Below the pieces are notes generated by a model. That model saw nothing but the letters and a program-made list of their open reading frames with translations, did no database searches and had not been told where the DNA came from. Shown here in pieces: positions 10,859-21,500 of a stretch of DNA of 64,000 bases. How positions within the stretch are numbered: the stretch's first letter is position 1; each line of letters opens with the position of its first letter. A program made the position numbers and the translations under genes. Origin of the DNA: a virus (lineage: Duplodnaviria; Caudoviricetes); IMG/VR virus record IMGVR_UViG_3300029288_001872, positions 64,001 through 128,000 of that record. One strand, 5' to 3'.

Positions 10859-12185
10859 TTTTAATTATTATCTCAATTATAATGAGGGGACAATAATGAG
10901 TGAAGGAGATTATCTACCAAAAAGCGATATGCCTTTTGCTGGAAAATTTAAACCGATACCAAGTCATCTATTTGATAAATACAAAAAGAGCCGCGATAGA
11001 ATTTTAATTCTCACTGATATTTTATTGCAAGAAAAATGAATTATTGGCGATGTAACACATACAAGAATTAATATCTTTTGTAAAACAAGTTAGACCAAAA
11101 CTGTTTACTACTATAAAATAAATATTGCTGCCATTCATGTGGTATTAATAAGAAACGTAACGAGGTTATATGTAAAAACCACCCAATATTTTTTTAAGGC
11201 AAGATGTAAGTGTGTAAAATCATAGATGAAATAGAAAAGGGCTACTAGTATAAGTCTACATTGTGAACTGCCCCTCTCGGTCGTATGGCCGTGGCTTCTC
11301 GGGGTTGGTCACGCCGTAGGCCCCTGGTCCTGGCAAACCCACGTCCAGCCTGCCTTTGCGCCCCTTTCACCTTTACTCAATCCTATCTCTTATCCTTTAT
11401 CATATCTTATCAATCAATCTTTACACTAGTGCACCTATGCCCATATCATTCTAACCATAGGCCGTTATCCCTTGCCTACCTACCAGCTTGGTACCTATCT
11501 ATCATCCTTGCCTATCATTTAAACATTATATGTCATACCTCATTATGGCCTATCATATGCATCATGCAAGAAGTTTACCAAGTTAGCTGGTTATCTATCC
11601 CTATCTTGCCATATATCCCTTTATCCTGAGTAGTCTTTAAACCTATTCTAAGGCTGATGGTAAGGTTTTTTCTAGAAACTTGATAGATAGACTAGGTCTA
11701 GGTCTATTTTAAACATTTTACCTATCTATATGATATTGTTGGATAATCATGAATTGATATATTCATAGTGGTATGTTATCCCTATTTTATGACAGGTTAG
11801 TGAATTATCCAATATGTTTAGATAGTTATGGTTTATTTGTTATGAAAATTTTTTATTGATATGATGATATGAAATATATGGTTTTCAAGGAGTTATTAGT
11901 ATGATATGATTATATATTCTTTTGGTAGGATATAGTTAATTCATAGTTAATTGGTATGATATCCTTTGCTCTATCCCTTGTCTAGTGCTCTATCCTGATA
12001 ACCTCTTGCCTATCCATCCTATCGGTTATCATCATATCAGCTTGCCTATGGCCGTCTAGTGGTCTTATGGCGTATGTCTAATCATGGGTTATCTTGATAT
12101 AAATTATTTTCATATATATGCATTATTTTCTTGACAAGCATATATTCATGATTTATAGTATATTTAAATTAACGATAAGGAGAGT

Positions 12186-12365
12186 ATGAATATGAAAACT
12201 TTAGAAACTATGAATTTGGTATCAAAAACCTTGCCGCGCAAGTTTATCAAGATTAACGTTTGCGCCATTCGTGGTTCTGTTACCTGGGAAAAGCTTTTAC
12301 GCGGCCAGTCAATTTATGATTATATAACAGGTATCACCTATTCCCGGAAGGACTGGGGCTGGTAA
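12186..12365 (+). CDS. Small hypothetical protein (59 aa)
   Basis: Below the track cutoff. TTGACA(12131)-17-TATAGT promoter, AAGGAG RBS, MNMKTLETMNLVSKTLPRKF...KDWGW*, followed by a terminator. Confidence 0.75.
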   Translation: MNMKTLETMNLVSKTLPRKFIKINVCAIRGSVTWEKLLRGQSIYDYITGITYSRKDWGW

Positions 12366-12388
12366 ACTAACAATCCTCTTGCAAGGCT

Positions 12389-12424
12389 AACCCCGGTATC
12401 TTGATTGATACCGGGGTTTTTTAT
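12389..12424 (+). terminator. Rho-independent terminator
   Basis: AACCCCGGTATC-ttgatt-GATACCGGGGTT followed by a T tract. Confidence 0.85.
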
Positions 12425-12654
12425 TGTCTTAATTCGTCTTTCATATTCTTTACAAGTTAATATCTATCAGTTATCATCTTATCGCTTGCCTATAGCCGTT
12501 TAGTGACCTTATGGCGTATGTATACCTATGGTTAGCAAGGGTTATCTGCATATAAATTTATTTTCATATATATTCTTTTTTTTTCTTGACAAGATATCTG
12601 AATTCCTATACTTATATATCATCTATGTAATTAAATTCAGATAAAGGAAAAATC

Positions 12655-13926
12655 ATGATTAATTATGAATCTTGCGAATGCTGTAAACAAATTACTTTTT
12701 TAACTGATTTATATCAAGAGGTTGAAAGTGATATGCTTTGCAATGAATGTTTTAATGAGACGGCTTGTGAATGTTATGAATGCAATGAAAAATTTTACCG
12801 GGAAAATTGCAATGAGATAGAAGGAAAATTCTATTGTGAATCATGCTATAATGATAATTTTGTTACTTGTGAAAATTGTAATGAAATTATCAATATAGAT
12901 GATAGTTTATATTCTGAATTAATGGAAAAAACACTATGCGAATCATGTTTTAATGATTCGCATATAACTTGTAATTATTGTAATAAAGTAATTTTATCTT
13001 CTGAAGCACAAGAAGGTTGCTGCGATGAATGTTTTAATGAAAATTATTTTATATGTGATAATTGTGGGGAAGCTATTCATTCTGATTATTTATATTATCA
13101 TGAAAGAAGTGAAAGATATTTATGTGAATCATGTTACCCCAATAGAAACGATGATATTCATGATTATGGTTATAAGCCTAGTCCTATATTTCATGGCAAT
13201 AAAGGCGAATTCTATGGAATAGAACTAGAAACTGATAAATATAATGATATAGATAATGCTGCTGAAGAGTTATGCGAATTAAGCAATAATGAAAATGATT
13301 TTTATTTAAAAGAGGACGGATCATTAAATAATGGAATTGAAATAGTTTTTCACCCTAGAAATATCAATTCGTGGATAAATTATCAAGATGATTTACAATT
13401 GATATGTAAAGAAGTAACAAATAATGGGGGAAAGTCTTTTAATACCGATACTTGTGGAATTCATATCCATAGAAGCAAAAAAGATATAAGTGAAATTACA
13501 ACGGCCAAATTATTATGGTTTTTTTCTATTTGTAAGAATCAGATAGTAAAAATAGCTCAGAGAAATAGCCAATACGCTAGTTTCGTATTATCTGAAAATT
13601 TATCAGGTAATGGGATAAAATATATCTATAAAGGATTAAAAAAAGATGATCATAAAATGGAAAGATATAGTGCAATTAATTTTCAGAATAGGCATACTAT
13701 AGAATTCAGAATCTTTAAAGGAACGTTGAAAATTGATACCATATATGCTTATCTTGGTTTTTCTCATTATGTCGTGGAATTCTGCAAAGTGAATTTAATG
13801 AATGAATTAATACTTGATAATAAAGAATTATGGGAAAATTTTGTTTTTTTTGTTAATTCTAGAACCAAAAAAGAGAAATTAGCGGATATACTTATCAATT
13901 ATCTTGATAAGAAAAAATTACTGTAG
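12655..13926 (+). CDS. Zinc-finger-repeat + amidoligase (COOH-NH2 ligase) protein
   Basis: About 11 N-terminal CxxC pairs, then YGIELE, LKEDGSL..GIEIV..P, TCGIHIH, RYSAIN...TIEFRIFKGTL. Confidence 0.85.
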   Translation: MINYESCECCKQITFLTDLYQEVESDMLCNECFNETACECYECNEKFYRENCNEIEGKFYCESCYNDNFVTCENCNEIINIDDSLYSELMEKTLCESCFNDSHITCNYCNKVILSSEAQEGCCDECFNENYFICDNCGEAIHSDYLYYHERSERYLCESCYPNRNDDIHDYGYKPSPIFHGNKGEFYGIELETDKYNDIDNAAEELCELSNNENDFYLKEDGSLNNGIEIVFHPRNINSWINYQDDLQLICKEVTNNGGKSFNTDTCGIHIHRSKKDISEITTAKLLWFFSICKNQIVKIAQRNSQYASFVLSENLSGNGIKYIYKGLKKDDHKMERYSAINFQNRHTIEFRIFKGTLKIDTIYAYLGFSHYVVEFCKVNLMNELILDNKELWENFVFFVNSRTKKEKLADILINYLDKKKLL

Positions 13927-14292
13927 GCTGGTGCCTGTAGGCTATGCCTGTAGGCTATGCCTGTAGGCTGGTGCCTGTAGGCTGGTGCCTGTAGGCTATG
14001 CCTGTAGGCTATGCCTGTAGGCTGGTGCCTGTAGGCTGGTGCCTGTAGGCTATGCCTGTAGGCCATGCCTGTAGGCCATGCCTGTAGGCCATGCCTGTAG
14101 GCCATGCCTGTAGGCCATGCCTGTAGGCCATGCCTGTAGGCCATGCCTGTAGGCCATGCCATGAGGCTGGTGCCTGTAGGCTGGTGCCTGTAGGCTATGC
14201 CTGTAGGCCATGCCTGTAGGCCATGCCTGTAGGCCATGCCTGTAGGCCATGCCTGTAGGCCATGCCTGTAGGCCATGCCATGAGGCCGGTGC
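13921..14292. repeat. Tandem array of about 28 units of 13-14 bp (CTGTAGGC-CAT/TAT/TGGT-GC)
   Basis: Units parsed directly from the sequence. The first unit supplies the TAG stop of the amidoligase gene. There are no unique spacers. Confidence 0.95.
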
Positions 14293-14368
14293 CTCAGAAC
14301 CAAGTTAATAAAAGGCAAATTTATCGCTTATATAAAAGGTCAATTTATCGCTTAAAGGAGAAATCATC

Positions 14369-15148
14369 ATGTGCATAGCAATTTATAAACCAAAAGGGAA
14401 AACTATCGAAGAAAAGACTTTAAAAACTTCATGGGATAATAATAAAGACGGCGCGGGTTATATGTATAACCATAATGGATTGATAATTGGGAAAAAAGGT
14501 TTTATGACCTATCAAGAATTGATTCAAGACCTATCCGATAATAAAATAATGAAAAAGAATAAAATAGCAAAAAACATAGAAATAGTTATTCACTTCAGAA
14601 TAGCCACACATGGCGGAATTGAGCCAGGAAAATGTCATCCTTTCCCGGCAAGTGATAATATTGAAAAACTTCATTCTTTAAACTGGAAAGATAATTGTGG
14701 AATTGCTCACAATGGTATCGTCCACGAATATGCAGAGAAAAACCTTTCCGATACACAAGGTTTTATACAAAAGGTGCTTTCTTCGCCAGTTATTCTGAAT
14801 AATCTTGATAATGATTCTATAAAAGAGTTAATAAAAGAAAGTACTATCGGAAGTAAATTTGTGATAATGAATAAAGATAAGGTTTATCTTTTTGGCAATT
14901 GGATTAATGATAAAGGGGTATTTTTTTCTAATAATAGTTATATTCCTTATATCTGGAAAGATGATAAAACCGATTTACTTAACTGGAATTATGAAAATGA
15001 TCCTTTATCTTTTTGGCAAGAGGATGAGGTTAAATTAATATCTCATTGCAGCTATTTCGAGGATTGCAACGAATGCCCTTATATGGAAAATTTAGACGGT
15101 GAAAAAACCTGCATTATCTGGCGTGATCACTTAGACCTAGATTTTTAA
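14369..15148 (+). CDS. Class II (Ntn) glutamine amidotransferase
   Basis: N-terminal Cys2 (MCIAI), NKDGAG, HFRIATHG, CHPF, AHNG, SDT. Confidence 0.9.
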   Translation: MCIAIYKPKGKTIEEKTLKTSWDNNKDGAGYMYNHNGLIIGKKGFMTYQELIQDLSDNKIMKKNKIAKNIEIVIHFRIATHGGIEPGKCHPFPASDNIEKLHSLNWKDNCGIAHNGIVHEYAEKNLSDTQGFIQKVLSSPVILNNLDNDSIKELIKESTIGSKFVIMNKDKVYLFGNWINDKGVFFSNNSYIPYIWKDDKTDLLNWNYENDPLSFWQEDEVKLISHCSYFEDCNECPYMENLDGEKTCIIWRDHLDLDF

Positions 15149-15520
15149 AGACCTGCAAAGATTCCCATCTAGAATTCACTTTTCAATTTCTTTACAAGAT
15201 AGCACATATCTTGTAAAGAATTGCTATTTTTTGCGTTTAATGCAGGGGTCTTAGAAAGACTCACAGGGGTATTTTAGAAAAGTTAATGGTTTCGGTAGGG
15301 GTTAAAAAATATACCTTTGTGGGCTTATGTGAGCGCGGTGGTGAAGAGATAAATTACCGATGGTCTATGGTATATGTTATCTGGGATATGGTCTATGGGA
15401 ATATAAACATTATGACCTTATGGGATATGGGATATGGGCTATGGGCTATGGTACTTTACACTTGACAAATATGTAAATCGGCGCGACAATAAAGAAAATA
15501 CTTTATAGGAGAAAATATCC

Positions 15521-15757
15521 ATGGAAAAATTAATTGCACCTAAGAAACGGGCAAGAGCTAACCTTTATTGGGCTATTCAGAAACCAAGGGATAATCAAGA
15601 TGGTATCTTGAAATCGTTTGCAGATAAGGAAGAAAGGGATATATGGATAGCTGTAAATGAGGATAGAGAAATTATGCTGGCAGATCATGCACTTATCAGA
15701 AAGGCAAGGAAGTTATATATCCTTGATCATCCTTGTGAATTGCCTTATGATGATTGA
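15521..15757 (+). CDS. Hypothetical protein
   Basis: TTGACA promoter at 15462 and AGGAG RBS. Confidence 0.7.
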   Translation: MEKLIAPKKRARANLYWAIQKPRDNQDGILKSFADKEERDIWIAVNEDREIMLADHALIRKARKLYILDHPCELPYDD

Positions 15758-15936
15758 CAATTTAAAACCTCATAAACCTATCTTTTCTATCAATCCGTGG
15801 GAAAGTATAGGTCCACTAATTATCGCTTGATATGCGGGATATCTACAGCTTCTCAGGCGCATTCTACACAAAGAAAAACCCCTTGATCATCGGTAAGTGT
15901 TACCCTGTAAGTTTTCATTGTGAAATCTCCTTATAG

Positions 15937-16107
15937 TTATTTGCAATATACCTGAAAATAAATCTGGTTTTCCCATTTTTGATTGACCTTGACAAGCTTA
16001 GAAATCGCAAGGTCAAAATCATCTTTTTTGGTGAAAACCTTTTTAGCAAGGTTGACGATTTTTGCAACATCGGCCACATTTTCTAATTCCCTTACGAAAT
16101 ATTCCAT
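15937..16107 (-). CDS. Small hypothetical protein (56 aa)
   Basis: Below the track cutoff. MEYFVRELENVADVAKIVNLAKKVF...VYCK*, with an AAGGAG RBS and a TTGACA..TAAGAT promoter on the - strand. Confidence 0.65.
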   Translation of the reverse strand: MEYFVRELENVADVAKIVNLAKKVFTKKDDFDLAISKLVKVNQKWENQIYFQVYCK

Positions 16108-16357
16108 ATCAATCAATCTCCTTTATCTTTAATTATCCATATCTTAAATCTTAAAAATTACCCTGTCAATAACGCTAATATCATGCCAAAGTGAATTATT
16201 TTAAAGGATAAATATATCTATATATGGGAAAGTATTCTATAGTGAAAAGGTATAGAATTAAGTATGTGATATTATTATATATTTTAAGTGATATGCATGA
16301 AACGTATGTATTGATATGTATAAATGTCGCGCTGGTTTCCGGTGAGCAGGGCCAGCT

Positions 16358-16562
16358 AGGAACAATTTGCACCCACTAATAGGAACAATTTGCACCCATT
16401 TAATTCATTCACTTAAATTCTTATCCCATTATTTATCTAATATCATTAATTTTTTTCACATATTCATAAAGTGACGTATCATTCACTTTTTATAATCATA
16501 TTCACTTTTTATAATCATATTCACTTTTTATAATCATATTCACTTTATGAATATATCATTCA
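16358..16562. repeat. Short direct repeats: AGGAACAATTTGCACCCA x2 and ATTCACTTTTTATAATCAT x3-4
   Basis: Seen directly in the intergenic region between divergent promoters. Confidence 0.85.
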
Positions 16563-17574
16563 CATATCTTATAATCATTCTTTTATATCCTCATATCCCT
16601 TTCTCCTCTATTCCCCCAGCTAACCTAATATCCACCTATGAATTTATTTTCAATTATTTTTCTTTAAAATAATTGATATGGTATGAATTTTGCGTTATTG
16701 ACATAGGTTTTTCCAAGGTATAAATTAGGATAAAATTCAGATAAGGAGGTTGATTATGTATAAAGTTATTTTTGGCATGATAAATGCCTTGTTAATCGGT
16801 TTATGTATATCCTTGTATCTGAAGGAATTGTTTTTAACTATCCTTTCTGCATTAACTTTTTAAAGGGGTAAGATTATGAGTAAAATAAAATTAGGTTGCC
16901 GCGTTCCTACTTGTGAAGATTGTGAATTCTTTAGACTTTTGAAAGATTCTAGGAGCAAAGGGTTTTGTCTAAAAAATAGCAAAAATAATCTCAAAAACAA
17001 GTCTAATTTTATTTCTAAAAATACTGAAATTTGCCATAATAATTATGAAAAAAAATCATTTGCGGGACTAAAAATCCAATGGTAAGGAGAATTAAAATTA
17101 TGTCTCCCGAAAATTCTTTAAAGACTTTTAAAATGATACACGCGGCCAGAGAAAAAGATGATTCTGTTTTATTAAATTGTCTTTTGCATGATTTATTTAA
17201 TAACGCGGAAGAGGATTGCAGGCCGATGGTTTACAACGTGCCTGTAAATTGGCTTAAGCCTTTGCCTAGCTGTTAAAGGAGAATATACTATGAAACGATA
17301 TATCAATTTAAGATTTCAATCGGCAAATAATCAAGAGGAAAATTACAATACTATGCAAGGGGATATCTTGCGGTTTGCCGATTGTGCTCTATCTTTAAGT
17401 ATCTTTGCCGCGTTTCAAATTAACGCAAAACATAATGATCGATTGATTTTGAAAACGGAAGATGGTAATTATCATCTTACCATGATCGAAGAAATTTAAC
17501 TTTTTTCTTTTGCCATAATGTTATTATAAGTTATGGCAAATGTAAGAAGTTAAATAAAAGTAAAAGGTGAAAAT

Positions 17575-17880
17575 ATGAAAACTTATCAAGAATTAACTGA
17601 GGAGCAAAAAAGTGAAGCTAGGGAAATCGCCTTGAATGAATTATTAAAGGCGATATGTGAAGGTTACATACGTTTTAATGATTCATTAAATGGAGATGAT
17701 TTGCAGGCAAGGATTGACGCTGCGGGAGAAAAAGCTGAGGCAATGAAAACCCCTTGGTTTATGCATGAATACGTTATGGATACTTGCCGCGAAGACCTCG
17801 AAGCTATGGCCGCGGCTGATGCTGAAGATTCACTCTATCCCGAAAATGGGGAAAGAGTTATCTATCTTAAAGGAGAATAA
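17575..17880 (+). CDS. Acidic hypothetical protein
   Basis: RBS present; coupled to the next gene. Confidence 0.75.
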   Translation: MKTYQELTEEQKSEAREIALNELLKAICEGYIRFNDSLNGDDLQARIDAAGEKAEAMKTPWFMHEYVMDTCREDLEAMAAADAEDSLYPENGERVIYLKGE

Positions 17881-17885
17881 TTACC

Positions 17886-18356
17886 ATGAAAAGGAAAATC
17901 AAAAGTTATCCCATGGGAACAGTATCACATGGGACTATGCAGGAAAGGGATTTGATACCCGCGTTTCTTGACGAATTAGACTGGCAAGTAAGGCAAAGCA
18001 AGGCGCGGGGTTATCTCAGGGAAATAAACCGCATAAGGCGCGCCGCGGATAAAGACGTTGACGATTCATATTTTCATTCTGAGACCGCGGGTTATGACCT
18101 TGAATGGTTATTCGACAAGCTGGGCGATTTTGCCGCGCCATATTTCTATTTTGGCGCGCACCCTGGAGACGGCGCGGATTATGGTTACTGGTTATCTGAA
18201 GATATGGAATATGATTTTGACGGGTTAAAAGTTTCGGACCTATCAGAAGTACCAAAAGACTACCGCGGAGAAGTTTTACATATAAATGATCATGGTAATA
18301 TGACATTATACATTAAGAATTCCCGCGGATTTAAAGAAATCTGGGGAATTGTTTAA
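17886..18356 (+). CDS. Conserved-looking phage early protein (GTVSHGT...YFGAHPGDGADYGYW)
   Basis: AAGGAG RBS; motif typical of phage hypothetical proteins. Confidence 0.75.
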   Translation: MKRKIKSYPMGTVSHGTMQERDLIPAFLDELDWQVRQSKARGYLREINRIRRAADKDVDDSYFHSETAGYDLEWLFDKLGDFAAPYFYFGAHPGDGADYGYWLSEDMEYDFDGLKVSDLSEVPKDYRGEVLHINDHGNMTLYIKNSRGFKEIWGIV

Positions 18357-18598
18357 CCATCTAACCATAAAAGGAGAAATTTACCATGAATAAAGACTTA
18401 ATCAGGGAATTAGGCAAGCGTGGGATATCAATCTATAAAGCGAATTCCAAAGATATCAAAATTGCTGGCCGTGCTATTGACAAGAAAAACAAGAGGTATG
18501 AAAACCGGGAGAAAAATTAACTTTTTTCTTTTGCCATAATGTTATCATAAGTTATGGCAAATGTAAGAAGTTAAATATAAGACAGGAGAATTAAGGCA

Positions 18599-21500
18599 AT
18601 GAAAAAAGAAAATTTATCTTTAAAAGAAATCATCAAAACGGTAATTTCTAACGGGTTATTCGAAAACGAGGAAGAAAGTTATTTCACATGGCAAGGTTGT
18701 GATTATTGTTCTCCTGGTTTGGGTAATACCGTTTATGATTGCAAGGGATATCTTACCTTGCAAGATGCACAAGAAGACCTCGACAATTATTATGAATTCA
18801 AATTGTGCGGAGATTGCTTGTATAACCTTTGTTATGGCGAATAATTTACCCCTTGCAAGGCTATGAGACCGCGCTGGGGAACATGAAATAAACCATCTAA
18901 CCATAAGGAGCAACCTGCCATGAATTTTGACAAAAAATATAATAAATGGTTATCGGATTGCAAAGAAGAATTGAAAAATAAAGGTTTTACAAAACAAGAA
19001 ATCAAAAAGGCGGAAATATGCGAAAACGGGCAAGTCTATTTTAGCCGCGGAAGTCTTTATGACATAACTCAACCTGATTTTGTTACCCCGTGGAAAGAAT
19101 AAAATAAACCATCTATAGGAGACTTATCACAATGACATATCTGCAAAATTTCTGCAATTGGATTGACAATCTTTCCGATTTAAATTTTGCCTTAATCATC
19201 GGTTTTCTTGCCGCGCTGTTAATTGTTTCTTTATGGATAACTGATATAAAAGGAGAATAAAAGGTTAAATTATCGCATAAAAGGTTAAAAATTCGCATTT
19301 ATTTTGACAAATAAACATAATTAAAAACCTGTTACGCCATAGGTTCGTAACAGATAAAGGAGAAAATTGTTTATGAAAGATTCATTAAGTGCCTTTCGTG
19401 GTTTATTTTTTGGAGTGCTCTTAGCAACCCCTTTCTGGGCAATAATCATTTATCTGATAATAAAAGGCTAAATTATCGCATAAAGGAGAATTATCACAAT
19501 GAAAAAATCAGAAGTTGAAAACTTGTTTATTGAAAAAGGATTTATTAAAAACCGTTTCGGCCACTTTGATATAAGCACTCCCGAAACGAAGTTAAGAGCA
19601 AAATTTCAGGCCAAAAGTTTAAGAATTGAAAAGAGATATACAAGGTCCGATAATTCTAACGCGTGGGTTAATCTAGGTTCAAATTATTACAGTAAATTGG
19701 AAATCAAGAATAATAAATTAGGTCCATTTATCGGCCTTGCAAATATCAAAAGATGGTTAAATCTTGACAACCTTAAAAGGGGATAATATGACCGTAAAAG
19801 AAACAATTATCGCAGCATTGCAGAAAGATGGTTATGATATGATAACCGCTTGTGAAATAGCCGCGGATTATATCAAGGAACTTTTGCAAAAGCCCGCGGG
19901 TAAATATATTTATCATACTAACACAAGTAAGATAACCATCATTAAAAAAGATTCATAAAAGGGGAAATTACTGAAAATATTCCTTGACAAGTGAATTTAA
20001 AACGCGGTAAAATATAAACCATAAAAGGAGATTAAAACCTTGACACAAGCGGAAAGACTAAGAAAATCGGCAAAGGCAAGCGCAAATTGGCGCGGCCATA
20101 AATTAGATCAATTCAAACATTATCCCAAAAGATACAACGGCCAGAAATTAAAAGGCCAGGAAAGAGCCGTGGCAATTTGTACGGTATGCGGCGCTTATGC
20201 CTGTTATGACACTAACCCCGCGCCGAATGGCATAGACGTATCAGGCGATGCTGTGGCCATCAATTGCCCGCGGCAAGGAGGGTAAATTAAGTGGATAATT
20301 TAGAACTGTATTTAATTGACTTGGATATGCGAATTTTTTGTATTCAATATGAAAATCCAGATTTAGATTATAATGAATGTAAAAAACTTGCATTAGAAGA
20401 AATCAAAGAAGAAAAGGAATTTGAAAAAGGAGAATAAAAGGTTATGAATACAAAAGTTATGAGAATGTTAACCGCTTTGGCGATTGTCTTAAAAGATGAA
20501 AGGCAACCATTAATTAACGCGGTCCACGAAGTCGTAAACGATAAAAGAGACGGCTATGATTTTGACTTTAAGGCCGCGGCTGAAAATATGCGCCACTTCG
20601 TAAAAGGCGGTAAACCATGAATAAAACAACCTGGAAAGTGACCCGCCTTTCTGATACTTCTTGTAAGGTTGAAAACCTCAAAACCGGCTTTTGTGATTTC
20701 CCCATAAGATACAAAAACGGAGAAATCGGTTATGACTACCCGGGACGAATACCGGCTTACGTCAAAGAAATGGTATCAAAAGAATTTAAATAAAAGGAGG
20801 ATTAAAAGATTATGATTAACAAAGAATTCGCGGCAAAAGACAAGGTTTTCGTAAAAGCCTGTGAAATCGCCAAAGTCGAACCGACCAAAAGACAGGCGGC
20901 AAAGTTTCAAAACAAGAAAGGTCTGGCGCGCCGTTTTTACGGGTCTGCGGCCTCTGCGGTAAAACGGCAAGAAACGAAGTAAAAGAAATTTTTATCGCTT
21001 AATAAAGGAGGTTTTGAAAATGGAAATGGTTATTGTAATTGCAACATTAAAAGATAACAGAAAGGTTGTTTTTTCTGTGGATGGGAACGAAGTTGATACA
21101 AGTTTTAACGGACTTTCTCAATATCTTTCCAAATATCCAAAACCTTTTCATCCTTTTACTTATTTTAAGAAAAACGATTTTGATTCTTTTGACGTGAGCA
21201 AAGCGGACGGCAGACCCCGCTTATTGTAAATCTGAATAAAAGGAGGTTTTAAAAATGTTTACCATCATCGGGCGGCGCTGGTTTGAAAAAACCAATGGTA
21301 ATACTTATCATTCAGTCGAAGTTTACAAAGACGGCGAATTATTAGGCCGCGTTCCCTTTGCCTATGGTTACGGGGACCAATACAAGCAAACCGCGCTTGA
21401 CTTGCTTGTCAAACTGGGGCATTATCCCAATACAGAGGCAAAACATGGCGGATATGAGTGTTACCGTCAATTCACTTTTTCAAAAGAAAGTGGCGGCGAC

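Larger units (their letters stand above)
17496..18577. repeat. Duplicated ~60-bp imperfect palindrome (copies at ~17496-17556 and ~18517-18577)
   Basis: TTAACTTTTTTCTTTTGCCATAATGTTAT(T/C)ATAAGTTATGGCAAATGTAAGAAGTTAAATA occurs twice with one mismatch. Confidence 0.9.

Noticed and set aside
11285-11629. 114-aa ORF in the TATC-rich block
   Set aside because: No RBS, and the composition reflects the TATC repeats; probably non-coding.
13921-14292. Possible CRISPR array
   Set aside because: Units are 13-14 bp and contiguous, with no unique spacers and no cas genes in the window.
13899-14318. ORFs 13899..14318 and 14050..14250 (- strand)
   Set aside because: They are translations of the tandem repeat, with no RBS and low-complexity products.
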